A stretch of 64,000 nt of DNA from Squalus acanthias. Its lineage: Eukaryota. The stretch is from the NCBI GenBank assembly GCA_030390025.1, contig CM059431.1:129768001-129832000 (forward strand), read 5' to 3'. Below the pieces are notes generated by a model that did no database searches, was not told the origin of the DNA, and was given only the letters and a program-made list of their open reading frames with translations. A program made the translations under genes and the position numbers. Within the stretch, counting starts at the first letter, position 1; each line of letters opens with the position of its first letter. Below, piece by piece: positions 48,243 to 60,668 of the stretch.

Positions 48243-50611
48243 GTCTGGGCCTGCGACTGGTGGTGAGAGAACCAACATGAGGGAAAAACCTACTTGACCT
48301 CGTCCTCATCAATCTACCTGTCGCAGATGCATCTGTCCATGACAGCATTGGTAGCAGTGACCACCACACAGTCCTTGTGGAGACGAAGTCCCGTCTTCAC
48401 ACTGAGGACACCCTTCATCGTGTTGTGTGGCACTAACACCGTGCTAAATGGGATAGATTCAGAACAGATCTAGCAGCTCAAAACTGGACATACATGAGGT
48501 GCTGTGGGCCATCAGCAGCAGCAGAATTGTACTCCACCACAATCTGTAACCTCATGGCCCGGCATATCCCTCACTCTACCATTACCATCAAGCCAGGGGA
48601 CCAACCCTGGTTCAATAAAGAGTGTAGAAGAGCATGCCAGGAGCAGCACCAGGCATACCTAAAAATGAGGTGCCAACCTGGGGAAGCTATAACACAGGAC
48701 TACATGCATACTACAAAGTGGAAGCAGCATGCTATAGACAGAGCTAAGCGATCCCACAATCAACGGAGCAAATCAAAGCTCTGCAGTCCTGCCACATCCA
48801 GTCGTGAATGGTGGTGGACCATTAAACAAATAACGGGAGGGGAAGGCTCCATGAATATCCCCATCCTCAATGATGGTGGAGCCCAGCACGTGAGTGCAAA
48901 AGACAAGGCTGAAGCGTTTGCAACCATCTTCAGCCAGAAGTGCCGAGCGGACGATCCATATTGGCCTACTCCTGAGATCCCCACCATCACAGAAGCCAGT
49001 CTTCAGCCAATTCGATTCACTCCATGTGATATCAAGAAATGGTTCAGCGCACTGGATACAGCAAAGGCTATGGGCCCCAACAACATTCCGGCTCTCGTGC
49101 TGAAGACTCGTGCACCATAACTAGCCGCACCTCCAGCCAAGCTGTTCCAGTACAGCTACAACACTGCCATCTATCCGACAATCTGGAAAACTGCCCAAGT
49201 ATGTCCTGTCCACAAAAAGCAGGACAAATCCAATCCGGACAATTACCGCCCCATCAGTCTACTCTCAATCATCAGCAAAGTGATGGAAGGTGTCATCGAC
49301 AGTGCTATCAAGCGGCACTTACTCACCAATAACCTGCTCACTGATGCCCAGTTTGGGTTCCGCCAGGACCACTCGGCTCCAGACCTCATTACAGTCTTGG
49401 TCCAAACATGGACAAAGGAGCTGAATTCCAGAGGTGAGGTGAGACTGAGTGCCCTTGCAATCAAGGCAGCATTTGACCGAATGTGGCATCAAGGAACCCT
49501 AGTAAAAGTGAACTCAATGGGAATCGGGGGGGGGGAGGTGGGGGAACGTCTCCACTGGCTGGAGTCATACCTAGCACAAAGGAAGATGGTTGTGGTGGTT
49601 GAAGATCAATCATCACAGCCCCAGGACATCGTTGCAGGAGTTCCTCAGGGCAGTGTCCTAGGCCCAACCATCTTCAGCTGCTTCATCAATGACCTTCCCT
49701 CCAAAATAAGGTCAGAAAAGGGGATGTTCGCTGATGACTGCACAGTGTTCAGTGCCATTCGCAACTCCTCAGATAATGAAGCAGTCCATGCCCGCATGCA
49801 ACAAGACCTGAAAGACATTCAGGCTTGGGCTGATAAGTGGCAGGTAACATTCGCACCACACAAGTGTCAGGCAATGACTATCTCCAACAAGCAAGAGTCT
49901 AAACACCGCCCCTTGACATTGAACGGCTTTACCATCGCCGAATCCCCCACCATCAACATCCTGGGGGTTACCATTGACCAGAGACTTAACTGGACCAGCC
50001 ACATAAATACTGTAGCAACAAGAGCAGGTCACCTCCTGACTCCCCAAAGCCTTTCCACCATCTACAAAGCACAAGTAAGGAGTGTGGACCAAGTAAGGAA
50101 TACTCTCCACTTGCCTGGATGAGTGCAGCTCCAACAACACTCAAGAAGCTCGACACTATCCAGGACAAAGCAGCCCACTTGATTGGCACCCCATCCACCA
50201 CCTTAAACATTCACTCCCTTCACCACCGGTGTACTGTGGCCGCAGTGTGTACCATCTACAAGATGCACTGCAGCAACTTGCCAAGTCTTCTTCGGCAGCA
50301 CCTCCCAAACCCGTGACCTCTACCACCTAGAAGGACAAGGGCAGTAGGCGCATGGGAACACCACCACCTCCAAGTTCCCCTCCAAGTCACACACCATCCT
50401 GACTTGGAAGTATATCACCGTTCCTTCATCGTCGCCGGGTCAAAATCCTGGAACTCCCTCCCTAACAGCAGTGTGGGAGTACCTTCACCACACGGACTGC
50501 AGCGATTCAAGAAGGCGGCTGACCACCACCTTCTCAAGGGCAATTAGGGATGGGCAATAAATGCTGGACTTGCCAGCGACGCCCACATCCCACGAATGAA
50601 TATAAAAAAAA
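48243..50611 (+). mobile_element. 5'-truncated copy of the 12060-20917 LINE family
   Basis: Colinear with 17224-17504 plus 18823-20917; RT motifs; same stem-loop and A tail. Confidence 0.92.
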
Positions 50612-52454
50612 GTTTTAATTTTTTGCCCCAGCACTAATACTGGCGCCAATGGGTTTCCCAGTGGTAATCCCCACTTTGAGATTATTGGAAGAAATAGGAG
50701 GATCAGCAAAGAGATGCCAAGCTGCAAGATGCCTTACTCCAACCACGACAACAGGATTTGCCATTACCATGTGAAATAGCCTGTGTGACCTGTGGATGAA
50801 CTACAGTGCACCACCAACTTTGTGCCGAGTCTGTAGCTCCTGAATGAGGTTTTTTTTTAATTATTCGTTCCTGGCATGTGATCATCGCTGACCAGGCCAG
50901 CATATATTGCCCATCCCTAATTGTCCTTGAGAAGGTGGTGGTGTGACGCAGAACTGCATCCCTGACATGTCAGACACTCCTGTGTAGCTGGGAACATACT
51001 CCCTGAAAAAAACATTTTTTGTAAATTCATGAAGTGAAATATGAACTTTCATTCTGACTTTCCCCAAACCCTTGCTAGCTGTACCTCTTGCAATCCCCCT
51101 TGCCTTATATCATCCAGCTCAAATAGTCAAAAATCTGAAAACATGACACCCGCTCTCCGACTCGCTCTCCATACCCTTTAATATTCTTCTTTTGCAAGGA
51201 ATTATCTAATTCCCTTTTTTTTTTAAATAATGGAATATGATTCAATAAGGGGCCTAGATTTGCTGGAAGGGTGTGTTAGGCAGCGCACGCCATTATTTGG
51301 ACTTTACAGCTCCTTGTTCATATCGATCTATATTTACACCATTATTTTCTGGAACGTCAATCCATCTATGGCGTGGCAAGGTCTTTGGCAAATCAGGGAC
51401 CTCGTGGACGGCATAGCCAATGGATTATCCTGCAGACCAACCACATGGCATTATAAATAGCTGGGAACAGACACCATTGGGCAGATTGAGGCACTGGGGG
51501 GTAAATGAGCTGCAACTTCTGAAATCAACCTAAATCAACTTTAAAAAGATAATTAAGGTTAAGGTTGAGTGTCTATGGGAATGGCTGCTGGGAATGCCAA
51601 GGGTGAGGGCTCCCCACGAGATCAACCAGGTGGTGTGGAGGGAGGTGGCGAAGGCACTCAGCGCCACATCAGTCATGCCACATCAGTCATGCCACATTCA
51701 AGTGACCAGTGTAGGAAGAAGTACAATGACCTGACCTAACCAGGTCAGGCAAGGTAAACATTCTCAGAGCTTCAATTCAGAACTCACCATTTCATTATAA
51801 GTATTAGAAAAACAAAAATTGTCAGTCACTTTAATTGTTTTTTAAAGAATTGCTTGAGCTGTAAAGAATTTGCCCTTGTAATCTACTATTTGCAGAGTGG
51901 GGGAAGTTCAGGTGCTTCCTGTTTGTTTGTTTGATTGGTCAAGGCAGAATCCAAAGCGAAGTGAGTTATAAAAGTCTGTTGGCGTGGGAGACAGTCCTTT
52001 CAGAGTGGCCATTTCATGGATTTGACAGCTTCTGTCTCTGTCGAAGAAAATATTTCAATATCTTATAAAAAGCCTGTCAAATCAAAACCTCTACCTCACA
52101 CAAAGCAACCCATCTAACCCTTTCCTTGTTTTTATCCCGCAGGGCAAGTTGGCACATAACATGTGTGAGTGTGCAGAGAATAGTGGAGAAGTCACCTTTT
52201 TGAATTATTTCACACAAGACGAGGAGAGGGCCCTGCAACTGCAGGGATACTAAGGTGACACAGATCCACAAGGAGACGAGGGCAGAGTGCACTGAGGCAG
52301 AGACTGAGCGTGGAGGAGGAGGAGATACACAGCATGCTATCTGAGTCCAGCATGTTGGGGGATCAGAGAACATTGGGAAGGGGGGAAGCTGCACCCCATG
52401 AGGTGGAGTCTACGACAGGCTCAGCGAGAGGATAACTAGGAGCAGGATTACAGG

Positions 52455-52620
52455 CAACGTTCCCTTTAAGCTGCGTGGCTGTGCAATGCTCTTGAGCTTC
52501 CACGCAGCCGGTGAGCCAGTTTTTAAATAGAAAAAAAAATGTGCATGCGTGGAATCTTGAATGGGCCGTACAGCCCATTAAAGGGGCCGCACAACCCACA
52601 AAAAATTACAGGGAACATTG
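52455..52620. mobile_element. ~165-bp hAT-type MITE (copy 2)
   Basis: TIRs caacgttccc / gggaacattg; 8-bp TSD attacagg / gttacagg. Confidence 0.75.
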
Positions 52621-54034
52621 GTTACAGGGGTCCATAACTGCGAAGGAGGATGATGTATCTGCGACATCTGGGATCAATCGACCACCAGAGGATGCTCTTC
52701 TATGGCAGGCTGAACACGACTGGGCAGAAGCTGGACAGCCTGTGGCAGGTTGTTGAGCGGGCAGCTTGACCTATCGCTGAGAGACCCACAGCCGTCCTAC
52801 AGCTGACGCCTGTTCCCTACCCACCCCCAGCACCGCCCACTGCGGCGACATTCGTGGCCCCCGAGGGACATGCTGCTGAAAACCGGGAAGGCAGCAGTTC
52901 CCAGGGCCGCATCCTTCCACTGCCAGGCTTTGTGCCAGTCGCACAAGCCTCGCAGAACCCTGCTGTAGCAGATCACCCTCCAATGATGCAGCCAGCAGCT
53001 ACCCCATCGCAGGAGTCACTTAACACCCGTTACCCATGTCGCCTTGAAGCAGTATCTGGAAACACCCACTTTCCAACTCCTTGAACCCAACTGACATATG
53101 TGACTCAAAAGCTGCTCACGTGGAGCAAGGGACCGTACACACGGGGATGTGAGGCGCAGGTGTACGCATGAGTAGGGTGCCTCTTTATTCAGAGTCCATC
53201 GCCTCGTGCCCAGACTCACTCTCAGTGGTCTCTCAAGCATGCTTCGGACTGCAGCACTGTCTTTCTACATAGTTTAATATTTCAATTTGTTGCTCTTCTT
53301 GTTGCTGTTACGTTTTATCAAAGTAAGTTATTTGACACTTTTTGCAATTGTTTAATATTGTTAATTATATTTACATTTTAAGTGTTGTTTTAGAATTTTT
53401 TTACACTATTTATAATCGATGTGCAATTTTTGATTGACTGCCTCATCACAGTGTTACCACTGCTGCAATTTACTTAACAGCCAATGATGTAGACACATTT
53501 ATTATAGAATAGTTATTTACTACTGTTAACAACATTTCAAAGCAAAGTGCTATGAAAGAAAAATATTTGCAGTATCTATAAAACTATACATTACTTTTTA
53601 GAGGAATACTTCAATGCCATGTTACCACTGCTGGCTTTTTAATCCTCCTTGTTGCACCTGCGGCATTGTAGCCCAACAATGCTTCTGTAGGTAGAGGGGT
53701 GTGAACCTCGTCTTTATTTTCTGCCGTTTGATACACAGTTCAATTTCCAGTGCTTGTCTCCTGTTCAGTTTTACTGATGAGAATTGACTGTTTTCTTGCT
53801 GTCACCTGCATTTTCACTGATGTTGTTTGTTGACTGTTTGTTACTGCAATGTTGTATTTAATAAAAGTTCAATTGTTTGCTAAAATCTTGCTTGTCCTTC
53901 TTTGTGTTCACATCACCACAGGGATCATTCTACGGAAATATCACTCCATACTTCCTGATGCACCTCCATTCCACTGGTAGAACTTTGGGGGTGGGGGGAA
54001 TGGAAGGGGTGGGAGTTGGAGGGGGTGCGGCGCA

Positions 54035-54482
54035 GATTCACCAGCTTGGGTTAACTTATGAGGACAGGTTGCATAAACTTGGCTTGTATTCCCTTGAGTA
54101 TAGAAGATTGAGGGGTGATCTGATCGAGGTGTTTAAAGTCTTAAAAGGATTCAACAGAGTAGATATAGATAAACTATTCAGTCTGATGGGGGAATTAAGA
54201 ACAAGGGGACATAATCTTAAAATTGGAGCTAGGCCATTTAGGAGGGAAATTCGGAAACACTTTTCACACAAAAATCTGGAATTCTGTCCCCATAGGCTGT
54301 GCATACTGGGACAATTGGAGCTTTCAAGACTGAGATCGATAGATTTTTGTTGGGTAAGAGTATCAAGGGATATGTAGCTAAGGCGGGTAAATGGAGTTGA
54401 GCTACAGATCAGCCATGATCTAATTGAATGATGGAGCAGGCTTGAAGGGCTGAATGGCCTACTCTTGTTCCTATGTTCATAT
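54035..54482 (+). mobile_element. CR1 3' fragment
   Basis: LGLYSLEYRRLRGDLIEVFK..RTRGHNLK. Confidence 0.88.
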
Positions 54483-56559
54483 GAATGTGGTGAGTCCGGG
54501 TGGAGGATAATCATTGTCAAAACACCTGAGCCACCAGCTGACCGACCTGGCCGCTGCCACTGTGCCTTCCTCCAGGAGGTCACCACCCATGGGGCCAGGC
54601 ACATTCAAGTCAGGATCCTCCAGTTTCACAGGCATCTCGTCTGCTACGTTAAGGGTCAGCCCTTCCTGCAGGCCAAAATTGAGCAGTGCACAGCAGACCG
54701 CTACAATCATCGCCACTTTATTAGAGCCGTACTATAGAGCACCCACCGACCTGTCCAGGCACTGGAAGCACAATATTGTCCTGATTGTCCTCTCCACCAC
54801 TTGCCGGGTCGACACATGTGCACGCTTGTACCTTTCCTGTGCTGCGTTGTTGGTGATGCAGGAGGGTGTCATCAGCCACGGCTACAGTGGGTAAGTCTTG
54901 TCCCCTACGATCCAACCACTTCCTTGTCCCTCCTTGCTGAATAAGTCAGGGATGTTGGAGTGGCAAAGAACAAAGGCACTGTGAGCGCTTCCCAGATGCT
55001 CTGTGTTGACATGCAGGATCCTCAATTAGGCATCGCAGACAATTAGGACATTTAGTGAATGATAACCTTTCCTATTGATGAAGGTGACAGGTTCCTCAAG
55101 TGGAGTCTTCAGCAGCACATGGGTCCCATCAATCGCCCCCTGCACCCTGGGGAAGCCAGCAATCTGATGGAAATTTATGGGCCTGTCTCTTTACTGCACA
55201 GGGGTCATGTCGAATTTGATGAGGTTGGATGCCCTGCAGAATAGAACATCCGTGACCTGTTCAATGTAAGTCCACACATCTCCTTGGCTAATATTACAGA
55301 GGTCTCTGGTGGCTGACTGGAAGGAACCGCATTGTAGAAATTTAGGGCCGTCATTACCTTCATAATCACAGACAAGGCCCTGCGGAGGTAGACTGTGGCT
55401 TCAGAACTTTGTGGATCATCTCGCACAGGTGGCCAATTGCATCCTTGCTGAGGCTGTCTGCACACGTACACTGCCTCACAAGATATTTGTTCCCTGTTCA
55501 TTCTCTGGGGAATGAGGGGTCGGGGTAGAAGTGAGATTGGTTCAGTGTCCAGTCATGGTGCCGAACGTGTTGAGTCTGCTCCCTCTGCTCCTCCTCCACG
55601 TCATCCATAATGATCAAAAACAATGGATTACCCAGTGGAACGGCCATAAGTGTAGAAAGAGGTTTGGGTCCTGAAAATTATTGCCTTCTAACACTAACAG
55701 GACTCTGCATGGCAAGACTAGCAAGAAAAGACTGCCAAAACAGAGAGAAAAAAATTAAAACCTCTAAGAAAAATTTCCAGAACACGAGAGTGAGACTCCA
55801 CAGTTGCAATGGTCCCTTTGTTGGCATCATGAGAGTCATGTGCTGACCATAAATCACATGATTACTAAGTTATTTTCCAGTCTTAAATGGCTTTGGCATG
55901 ATTAATGGCTATTTATGGTGTAAATGGCTATTTATCCAGCAAATTGGCAATCGTTATTGACTTTAATGGTGGCCTGAGTAGCTTGAAAGAACTTTTAACA
56001 GTATCACAGTTGCTCCATTATTTGCTGGATTTTTTACGTTTAAATAGTGGCACACACTGCTCATACATCATTATGATGTCGCGTGTTCCCAGAAATTTCA
56101 TGGCCAATATTTGTGGCAGAGAAATAAACATTCTAATCACTGTCTGTGGAAAGAATATTTTCTAACCTCCCCTTTAATTCGGTAAAACAAGACTTGTTAC
56201 TCTTTTGTTGTGCCATTGTAATGAGGCTTTGCATTCTCCACAGATAGATGGATGAAATATTTGCCATTATTACTGGTTAAATGACAATTTAGCTGCTTAA
56301 GTACTTTGAGACGTCTGGTGGTTGTGAAAGGCGCTGTATAAATGCAAGTCTTTCTTTCTTTAAGATTTGTGAAAGGCGCATAGATGCACCATGAGTGACT
56401 GCTTTTCTTTTGTTCTCACTAGTGGATTCAGATTACATCGAAACATCAGTAGCAAAATAATGGACACACATCATCTTGATTTAGGTTTGTTAGGTTTATT
56501 ACAATATGAGGGCAATCAATGCTTTATTTGGGAAAAGAGGAAAATATGCTTTATAATTC

Positions 56560-56860
56560 TGGCATCTTGTGCATCCCTGATTTTCTTTGCTCCACCATTG
56601 GCGGCCATATCTTCAGCTGTCTAGGCCGTAAGCTCTGGAATTCCCTCCCTAAACCTGTTTGCCTCTCCGCCTTTCTTACCTCATTTAAGACGCTCCTTAA
56701 AACCTATCACTTTGACCAAGCTTTTGGTCACCTGTCCTAATATCTCCTTATGGGACGTGATGTCAGATTTTGCCTGGTAACGTTCCCGTGAAGCGCCTTG
56801 CGACGTTTTACTCTGTTAAAGGTGCTATATAAATGCAAGTAGTTGTTGTTGCTGCTGTTG
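56560..56860 (+). mobile_element. L2-type 3' tail fragment
   Basis: KLWNSLP..FKTLLKTY peptide and TTG tail. Confidence 0.75.
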
Positions 56861-57159
56861 AAACATGAGGGACTTATAATCAAATGCAATTTTTATAATT
56901 TTTGAATGTAGGATATGACATGATCAGTATGATTAGTTAAATGAAGTTTAAAAGGCACTGTTAAAACAAAATGGTACTGTTAAACATTATTTTTTTAAAG
57001 TATCCCTTATATTACACTTTGGGCACATTATATAGTAGTGAGCAATGTCTCTACTTCATTTCACAGAATAATGTAATTTTTTAATTTAAAAAGTAGTTAT
57101 AGTTAAGTTACACTTTAGTCTTAAATAATAAAATAATTATTTATTTATTTACCTGTGAA

Positions 57160-59000
57160 TAACAGATTGCAGACTGATGCCAAGCTAGGCCATGATAGGA
57201 GAATTGATGCTTTGAGATGGATGCTTGGTTGGTGATTCCTGCAACAATATGTTCTGAGATGTTGAACAGAATATGTACAGGACTTCAAGGGATCCGAAAA
57301 TGTGGAGAATGAGCTGAGCAAAGTATCTGGTGGCCAGGCTTGAGCAAGCAGCTTGAACAAATCATTAAGAACTGTAGTGAGTGTGCAGAGAATGAAAACA
57401 AATTTCGCTGATTCTATGATTACTTCTGCCAGAGGGTCCATGCAGAAAGTCAGAGCTAATTTATTAGAATTGAAAGGAGTTACATATCTACTGGCTGCAG
57501 ACTACTTTTTACACTATATAGAAATCATTCCATTAAATAAAATTACATCGCGAGCAGTGGTGGTACAAATGAAATCCATATTTACCCAGCATTGGATATC
57601 AGAAGAAGTAATGCTAAATATTGGAAGACCAAAGCCACTGTCTTCGGTACCGCCACAAACTCTGTTCCCTAACCATCAACTCCATTCCTCTCCCTGGCCA
57701 CTTTCTGAGGCTGAACCATAGTGTTCTCAACCTTGGCGTCTTATTTAACCCTAAGATGAGCTTCTGACTCCATATCCGCTCCATCACCAAGACCGCCTAC
57801 TTCCACCTCAGTAACATCGCCTGTCTCATCCCTTGCTTCAGCTCATCTGCTGCTGAAACCTTCATCGATACTTTTGTTATCTCTAGACTTGGCTATTCCA
57901 ATGCTGTCCTGGCTGGCCACCCACCTTCCACCCTCCATAAACTTGAGCTCATCCAAAACTCTACTGCCCATATCCTAACTCGCATCAACTTCCGTTCACC
58001 CATCACCCCTGTGCTCACTGACCTACAGTGGCTCGTGGTCCAGAAAAGCCTCAATTTTATAATTCCCATCCTTGTTTTCAAATTCCTCCATGGCCTCACC
58101 CCTCCTCCATCCCTACAATCCTCCGAGGTCTCTGTGCTCCTCCAATTCTGGCCTCTTGCACATCCCCAATTTTCATCGCTCCACCATTGGCAGCCATGCC
58201 TTCAGCTGCCTAGGCCCTAAGCTCTGGGATACCCTCCCTAAACCTTTCCGCCTCTCTACCTCTCTCCCCTCCTTTAAGACACTCCTTAAAACCTACCTCT
58301 TTGATCAAGCTTTTGGTCACCTGTCCTAATATCTCCTTATCTGGCTCGGTGTCCAATTTTGTTTGACAACACTCTTGTGAAGCACTTTGGGACGTTTTAC
58401 TATGTTAAAAGCACTATATAAATGCAAGATGTTGTTGTTGTTGCCAAATAAATTACCACAATTCTTCGTAGAAGATTTTATGAAGTTCCACAAGGAATAC
58501 GGGTTTACTCATTTTACGTGTAGCCCTAAGTACTCAAAGAGGAATGGGAAATCAGAGACAGTGGTGAATTCCATAAAAGATCTGCTGAAGAAATCAACAG
58601 ACTCATGCTTGGCATTGTTGGGGTACCATGCTTTGCCATTGTTAAACAGCTACAGCCCTGCAGAAGTATTCATGATTAGATGGCTGAGAACAATATTGAT
58701 AGCATATTCCATTTCTTAATTGCCATATTTTGCCAACTTCTGGGACAAGGAGAGGGTATAAGTCCCATCAGGTGCAAACTATAATTTCACAGAGCTAGTT
58801 GAGAGTGTTAACAAATCTGAGTGAAGGTGACCAAGTCTGAATGCAAGATTCAAAGACCAGGAGAATAGTGGAACAAGAAGCCTCAACAGCTCAATTTTAT
58901 GTTATACCAGCACTAAATGGTTCCATAAGAAGAAATAGTTGGCATATGGTTTATATTCCCAAACCAACAGAAAAAGACACATCTAGAGAGCCTTAACCTA
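57160..59000 (+). pseudogene. Decayed Ty3/Gypsy integrase region, interrupted by an L2
   Basis: WWPG motif; QKV.ANLLELKG.TYLL..DYF; KEYGFTH.T.SPKY...NGKSE; YSPAE..M.R.LRT. Confidence 0.7.
57625..58443 (+). mobile_element. L2-clade LINE 3' portion
   Basis: ITPVLTDLQWL, AFSCLGPKLW..LP, FKTLLKTYLF; (TTG)n tail. Confidence 0.85.
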
Positions 59001-59952
59001 GCACTCTGAAGGACTTGGTTAACCAAAGTAAAGACAAAGTACTGCTGAACTGGATCAGAGATTACTTCTTATATGTGGGAACAAGAAGATGGAGTTACTT
59101 GGACAATATCAAGAAGTACATTTATCCCTCCAAAAAATATGGACTTTTTACAATAGTTCTGAGGGTGAACATTTATCTGAAGCCGATTATTTGAATTGAT
59201 TCAGGGAAATGAATAAACGTCAGTAAAACCAGATCCCAATTATTTTCCTTTAAGTGTATGACAGAGAATCTGAACTTTATGTCAATATTTCTTAGAAAGG
59301 GGATGTAGTATTAGGCACTTTGCTAGATTTCTGTAATGTAAATAAAGGCCAGCTGAGTGGGTATAATCCAATGCGGGGTGATGTGTAGTTGCAGGGGTTT
59401 TGTGACCTAACTGGAAGCTAGATAGCTTCTGGAAACATGTAAATAAAGTTATGTTCTGGAGATCTGTTGTATCTAAGTCCATTCAAAAAGAACTTATCTG
59501 TTGGCCTCTGAAAGGTGTCATGATATTAAAGGTAACTGTGGTGCTCATCTTCACTGGCACTTGCAGAGCATATTTTGGCCACTTGACACTCAAAAGCTTT
59601 ATCTAACTGCTCGAATACATCATAGATCTTTTCTCTAATAAATTTAAGGAGCCAGATATTTATGTCAGATTATCAACAACATGTACTGGTGCTTTGTGTG
59701 GTGTTTCCATTGCATGGTTATGATGCTATCACCAACACCATTTGGAAATTGTAGTTTGTGATCTTACTGGAATAATTTTACAATTGTACAAGTTTTCAAA
59801 GTTATTTATAAAGAATAGAATCTTGGGCAAGGGATGTATAATACAACTTATTTAGTACTGTTGTGTATAACAACAAAGCTTATGAGTGACATAAGTGAAA
59901 CTTAAATTAGTATTGCACTCCCTAGATAGCAAATTCTATTGGTATAAGAAAA

Positions 59953-60582
59953 GGGGGAAATTCGACTTCTGTTTTGAAATGAACATGCCACCCACCTGAA
60001 GCTGGTGTCAGGAGGCGCCTGCCAAACAGGCACTTCACTGCAGGTTATCGGTTGTGGGAGGGCAGGAAATTGGCCCGTGCTGATGCTGAGCCAGCCGGCA
60101 GGTCGACTTAAGAAGGGGGAAGCCGATCACGGAGGGCTAAAGCACGGGGAAGCAGTGGGCCACAGTATTTTTATGGAGCCAGGAGGAGCACTACTGGTTC
60201 CATAAAAATTCTACCTAAAACAATTCTGGGCCTTTTCTTCAACAGCGATCAGTGGTCCTTTTATAGGCTGCTGGTTAGGCCGTTATAATGCCTGGTACAG
60301 ATGGGCAGAGCATATATGGCACATACTGCGTCCACTTGTACCTAAAAATTGTAAGCGGGGTCCTACAACTGGCGTAGGACCCCGACTTGCATATTTAAGC
60401 AGCCTTATGCCAGAAACAGTCGGGCATGCTGCTCGCCCCTTTATAAGCCCACCTGAAAATTGCATCAGGCAGGACTTGGGCGTCAGTGAGGCTGTTGAGA
60501 CGTCCCCCCTGCCCAGTTTTCAACTGCTGGACACCTGTTTATCAGGTGAAAAACGGGTAGACGGCAGTCGAAAATCGCCCCC
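59953..60582. mobile_element. Probable non-autonomous Harbinger-type element
   Basis: Degenerate TIRs gggggaaattcgact / agtcgaaaatcgccccc; internal similarity to 45150-45400. Confidence 0.45.
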
Positions 60583-60668
60583 ATGATGCCACCATCAAAA
60601 ATAAGTGTAACTCCAGAAATCCTGCCAATTCCACCTGCTAATGATACCGCCCCAAATCCTAAGTACGG

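Larger units (their letters stand above)
51251..56105. mobile_element. Old degenerate two-gene Harbinger
   Basis: Myb remnant + at ~51630-51740 (WREVAKAL..QCRKKYNDLT); transposase remnant - at 54480-55600; degenerate ggcc termini. Confidence 0.6.

Noticed and set aside
56422..56482. Plus-strand exon candidate (GFRLHRNISSKIMDTHHLDL)
   Set aside because: Good acceptor but weak donor, isolated, and opposite in strand to the other candidates.
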